From the human T2T-CHM13v2.0 reference genome, Homo sapiens, in NCBI RefSeq assembly GCF_009914755.1, contig NC_060925.1: a stretch of DNA of 64,000 nt, one strand, 5' to 3'. Below are positions 60,169 to 64,000 of this stretch, piece after piece. Each line of letters begins with the position of its first letter. Position 1 is the stretch's first letter. A program made the translations under genes and the position numbers. The notes beneath the pieces are model-generated. The model saw only the letters and a list, made by a program, of their open reading frames with translations, did not search any database and was not told the DNA's origin.

Positions 60169-61566
60169 GTATCTCCAAGGGTCCTTTTCACAGTTAAATA
60201 ATGAGATAATTCAAGGGTGTTAAATAAACAAAAATAAAGCAATAGAATGAACACACATAGTTCACCTCATGTGTGTACAATTGTCTTATGAACTTTCTCC
60301 TTTTCTTAAACAACAGAATCCAATGGTCCTCAATGTTTGCAACTGAGAATCATCTGTGGACCTTTAAAATAATTTAAATGTCAGTATCCCACCCCTGATT
60401 TTCTGAATTCTAATTATAAAGTTGGTCATAGTCATAAAACTGTGCATTTTTATAAGGAGTATTTAATATGCAGAATTTAATCAATATTTAAAAGCACCCA
60501 TTTTGTTAACTAAGTAGCATGTTAAAATAATTAGTAATTTTGTTTGGATTTTCTATATATGAACTTTTTTGTGTAGAAAACTATTTTAGAAAACATCTTG
60601 CTGCTACAAATCTTAATAGTTTCAATAAAATGTGAAATCTTGGTTAAGTACAGCTTATTGAAGAATATTATTTTTTTCTAGATTAATTAGGATTATCTTA
60701 GGTCATTATTTTGTACACCAAAATTGACTAAATGAAAGCTAATTATATTTGAAAGAGTATATGCATTAGGGATTCAGAAAGCTCTGGGCCATCTTTTCAT
60801 TACTGGCTGTGTGATCTTAGACCAGTTCCTTGGCCTTTCTGAGTGTACTTTTCCTCATTTAAAAAAAGAATAATGAATGGAATAATTAGGAATATAATTG
60901 ACTACCTGAGATAATAGAAGAAGAATTTTTGAAAAACTTATGTTTAATAAATAGTAGCTTAATGATGAATAAAACTACTCATTTTACTTGGGGACAACAT
61001 CAACATAAAATCAGCTTCTGTTCAAGATATACATTCAAATTAACATTATTGGAGAAAACACTTTTAATGCTTTAGTTTATCAGATGTAATTTTCTCCCAA
61101 ATTCAAGTCTGGAAATAAATTTCAATTATTTATGGATTCTTACTAGTACTTATTTATTGAGATAATTTTTTGTTAAAATATAAAGAAATATTTTTAAGCA
61201 TTCTCAACTTAAAAACTAAAGTCCAAGAAAGATTTAAGTGTAGCTGGCTGCAACTGGGTCAGAATTTACCTTATATCTCTTTGGCTCAATGTGGTATCTT
61301 TTTTCTTTTTCCTTCTATGTACACTTTTACTCTGTATTGCTTATATATGGCCCACTATAGCTGTCCAAAAATAGTATATTTAACCCTAAATTGACAAATT
61401 CATTAGGTCTTAAAAATTTTATTGTCCAAGATAGTTACAGACTTTATCAACTTCTTTGTGACGTCAACTGAACAGGTGTTATTTTATGCTCACCTAATAA
61501 AAGACAAAGTAGGACAAAGGCAATGAGTGTAAGTGACTAATGTTGCACATCTATTAAATGCAAAGA

Positions 61567-62033
<467 letters not shown>

Positions 62034-62060
62034 AAGAAATAATAGACAAAAGTTTTTTGA

Positions 62061-62388
<328 letters not shown>

Positions 62389-64000
62389 TTATTCTACAAA
62401 AGCATTTTAGCACTCTATCATAATGAAATACATGAAATATGTTGGCTACATGACTAAATCTGAAAATTTTATTTTTAAATGACTTTTGCTACATATAACT
62501 TGCATGAGAGCTATAGATTTTGATTTTTATTTCCATTTTATTTGGAAACAAACTTTTTTTTTAGCTACTATATTCTTTTACACTTATATGGTATATAAGT
62601 GTTGCATGTTCTTTTTTAAAACTTTTACATTAAAAATAGCAGATCCCTTCTGAACCAGCTCACCATTTATCTATGACTGTCATCTGTGTGATCTGTTCTT
62701 TCAATGAGACAGAAGTTTTGGAGAATTGTGAAACCAATCATAATTAAATATTTTTATGGCAATTTATTCCAGTTTTAAAATAGAATCTATTCCTGATTCA
62801 TTTTTAAAAGGCTAAAATTGTACTACGTTTACTTTTAGAACACCTGATTTCTCATGTGGACTTGTAGAGAAAAGTTCAGTTTTTATAATTGTCTCAGTAA
62901 CAGTCTTAGTCTGTCTTTACCTTCTCTTCCACTTTTCATCTGCAGAGTTTTACCTCGGTTGGTAGTGATTATTGAAACTATCTACCCCTTCTGGCTCTCT
63001 GTCTTATAACTAATTTTAAATCTGTCTCTATGTTTATTCCTATTGAACAAGCAATCTAAATATCAAAGGTGTCCTACAGATGTTCATTCATCCATTATAC
63101 CATCAACGAATATAATAAATTCAGCTGATGTTAGACATACACAAAACAGATAACAAGGTCTTGTCCTCCAGTTGCTTTCTGTACAATATATGGGAGAGAC
63201 ATAGATACAGAATATGGCATAAGGCACACTGTAATAAGTACCACAATAGATTCATCTCTACATTTTCCCATGATCAAGAACATAATGTTTTGTTACAAAT
63301 AGGTAGTACATAAAACTTCTTTATTAGGGGCATGAACTCTCAAATACAGATTCATGCATATCTGTGTTTGAATTCTTGTTTTTATATTTGCTAGCTGTTT
63401 TACTGTGAGTATATTATTAAATTTATGAGTTTGTTTTCTCAACTATAATGTCCACACCCCTAAATTTTCTGTGAAGATTAAATGAGACAATTTATATACT
63501 GATTTTTGCACAATGCTTTTGCCTCTTAATTTCTTAATACATGTGCATATTATCATTATCACTATTAATCTTATTATTACCAATTAGGGAGATTGCTGAT
63601 AATTTTATATTGGTCTTAAATTTATTTAAGACGAGAACATTCTCTTTATTTAGGAAAATACAAGAATACCAAACCAGTATAAAAAATTGGATAGTTAGAA
63701 ATGATATACATTTCTCTAAATATGTGGTTTTATGTTTGTTCTTAATTTGAGTACAGGATATCGAATATGAGATTGAAGAAAAGAATAATTGGGACTACAG
63801 TTGGAAGAAAATGCTATAGAAAGAGTAAAACAAGTCTACACAAGTTTTATAAGTATTGGAATGCTAAGACTAGATATATACTACAAGAATATTAATCTGG
63901 TAGTTGTATGACACTGTTTCACAAACAGGGGAGGAATATCGGCATCTCTCTGCCACAATGTTATTACCGATGTTGTCTAGAAATGTCAATGTATGGTAGT

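Overview
AT-rich, CpG-poor primate DNA, almost certainly human because it carries AluYa5 and AluYd8 copies. It is non-coding (intronic or intergenic) and dominated by interspersed repeats. I can support no host protein-coding gene, RNA gene or CRISPR-like system. The longer or recognisable ORFs in the track come from L1, Alu, THE1 or Tigger1, and the rest are short AT-rich frames with no recognisable homology. Main elements: (1) a three-level nest at 1.9-4.9 kb (Tigger2-type DNA transposon > MSTA LTR > full-length THE1 provirus); (2) an old L1M split by an AluJ and a MER4A1 solo LTR; (3) a full-length Tigger1 carrying an Alu; (4) an ERVL integrase relic; (5) a ~13 kb minus-strand L1 pile-up at 39.4-52.6 kb, including a full-length, coding-dead L1PA2-like element with a 15-bp TSD, the 129-bp 5'UTR deletion and a nonsense-truncated ORF0; (6) about 13 Alus. 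I found no convincing novel biological system. The best leads are regulatory: a CpG-retaining old-LTR segment (58.4-58.8 kb), a motif-dense repeat-free block (34.8-35.3 kb), the L1 antisense promoter/ORF0 facing candidate + strand acceptors, and a strong minus-strand bias of L1/LTR elements suggesting a + strand host transcript. Subfamily calls come from remembered consensus sequences, and boundaries of old repeats are approximate.
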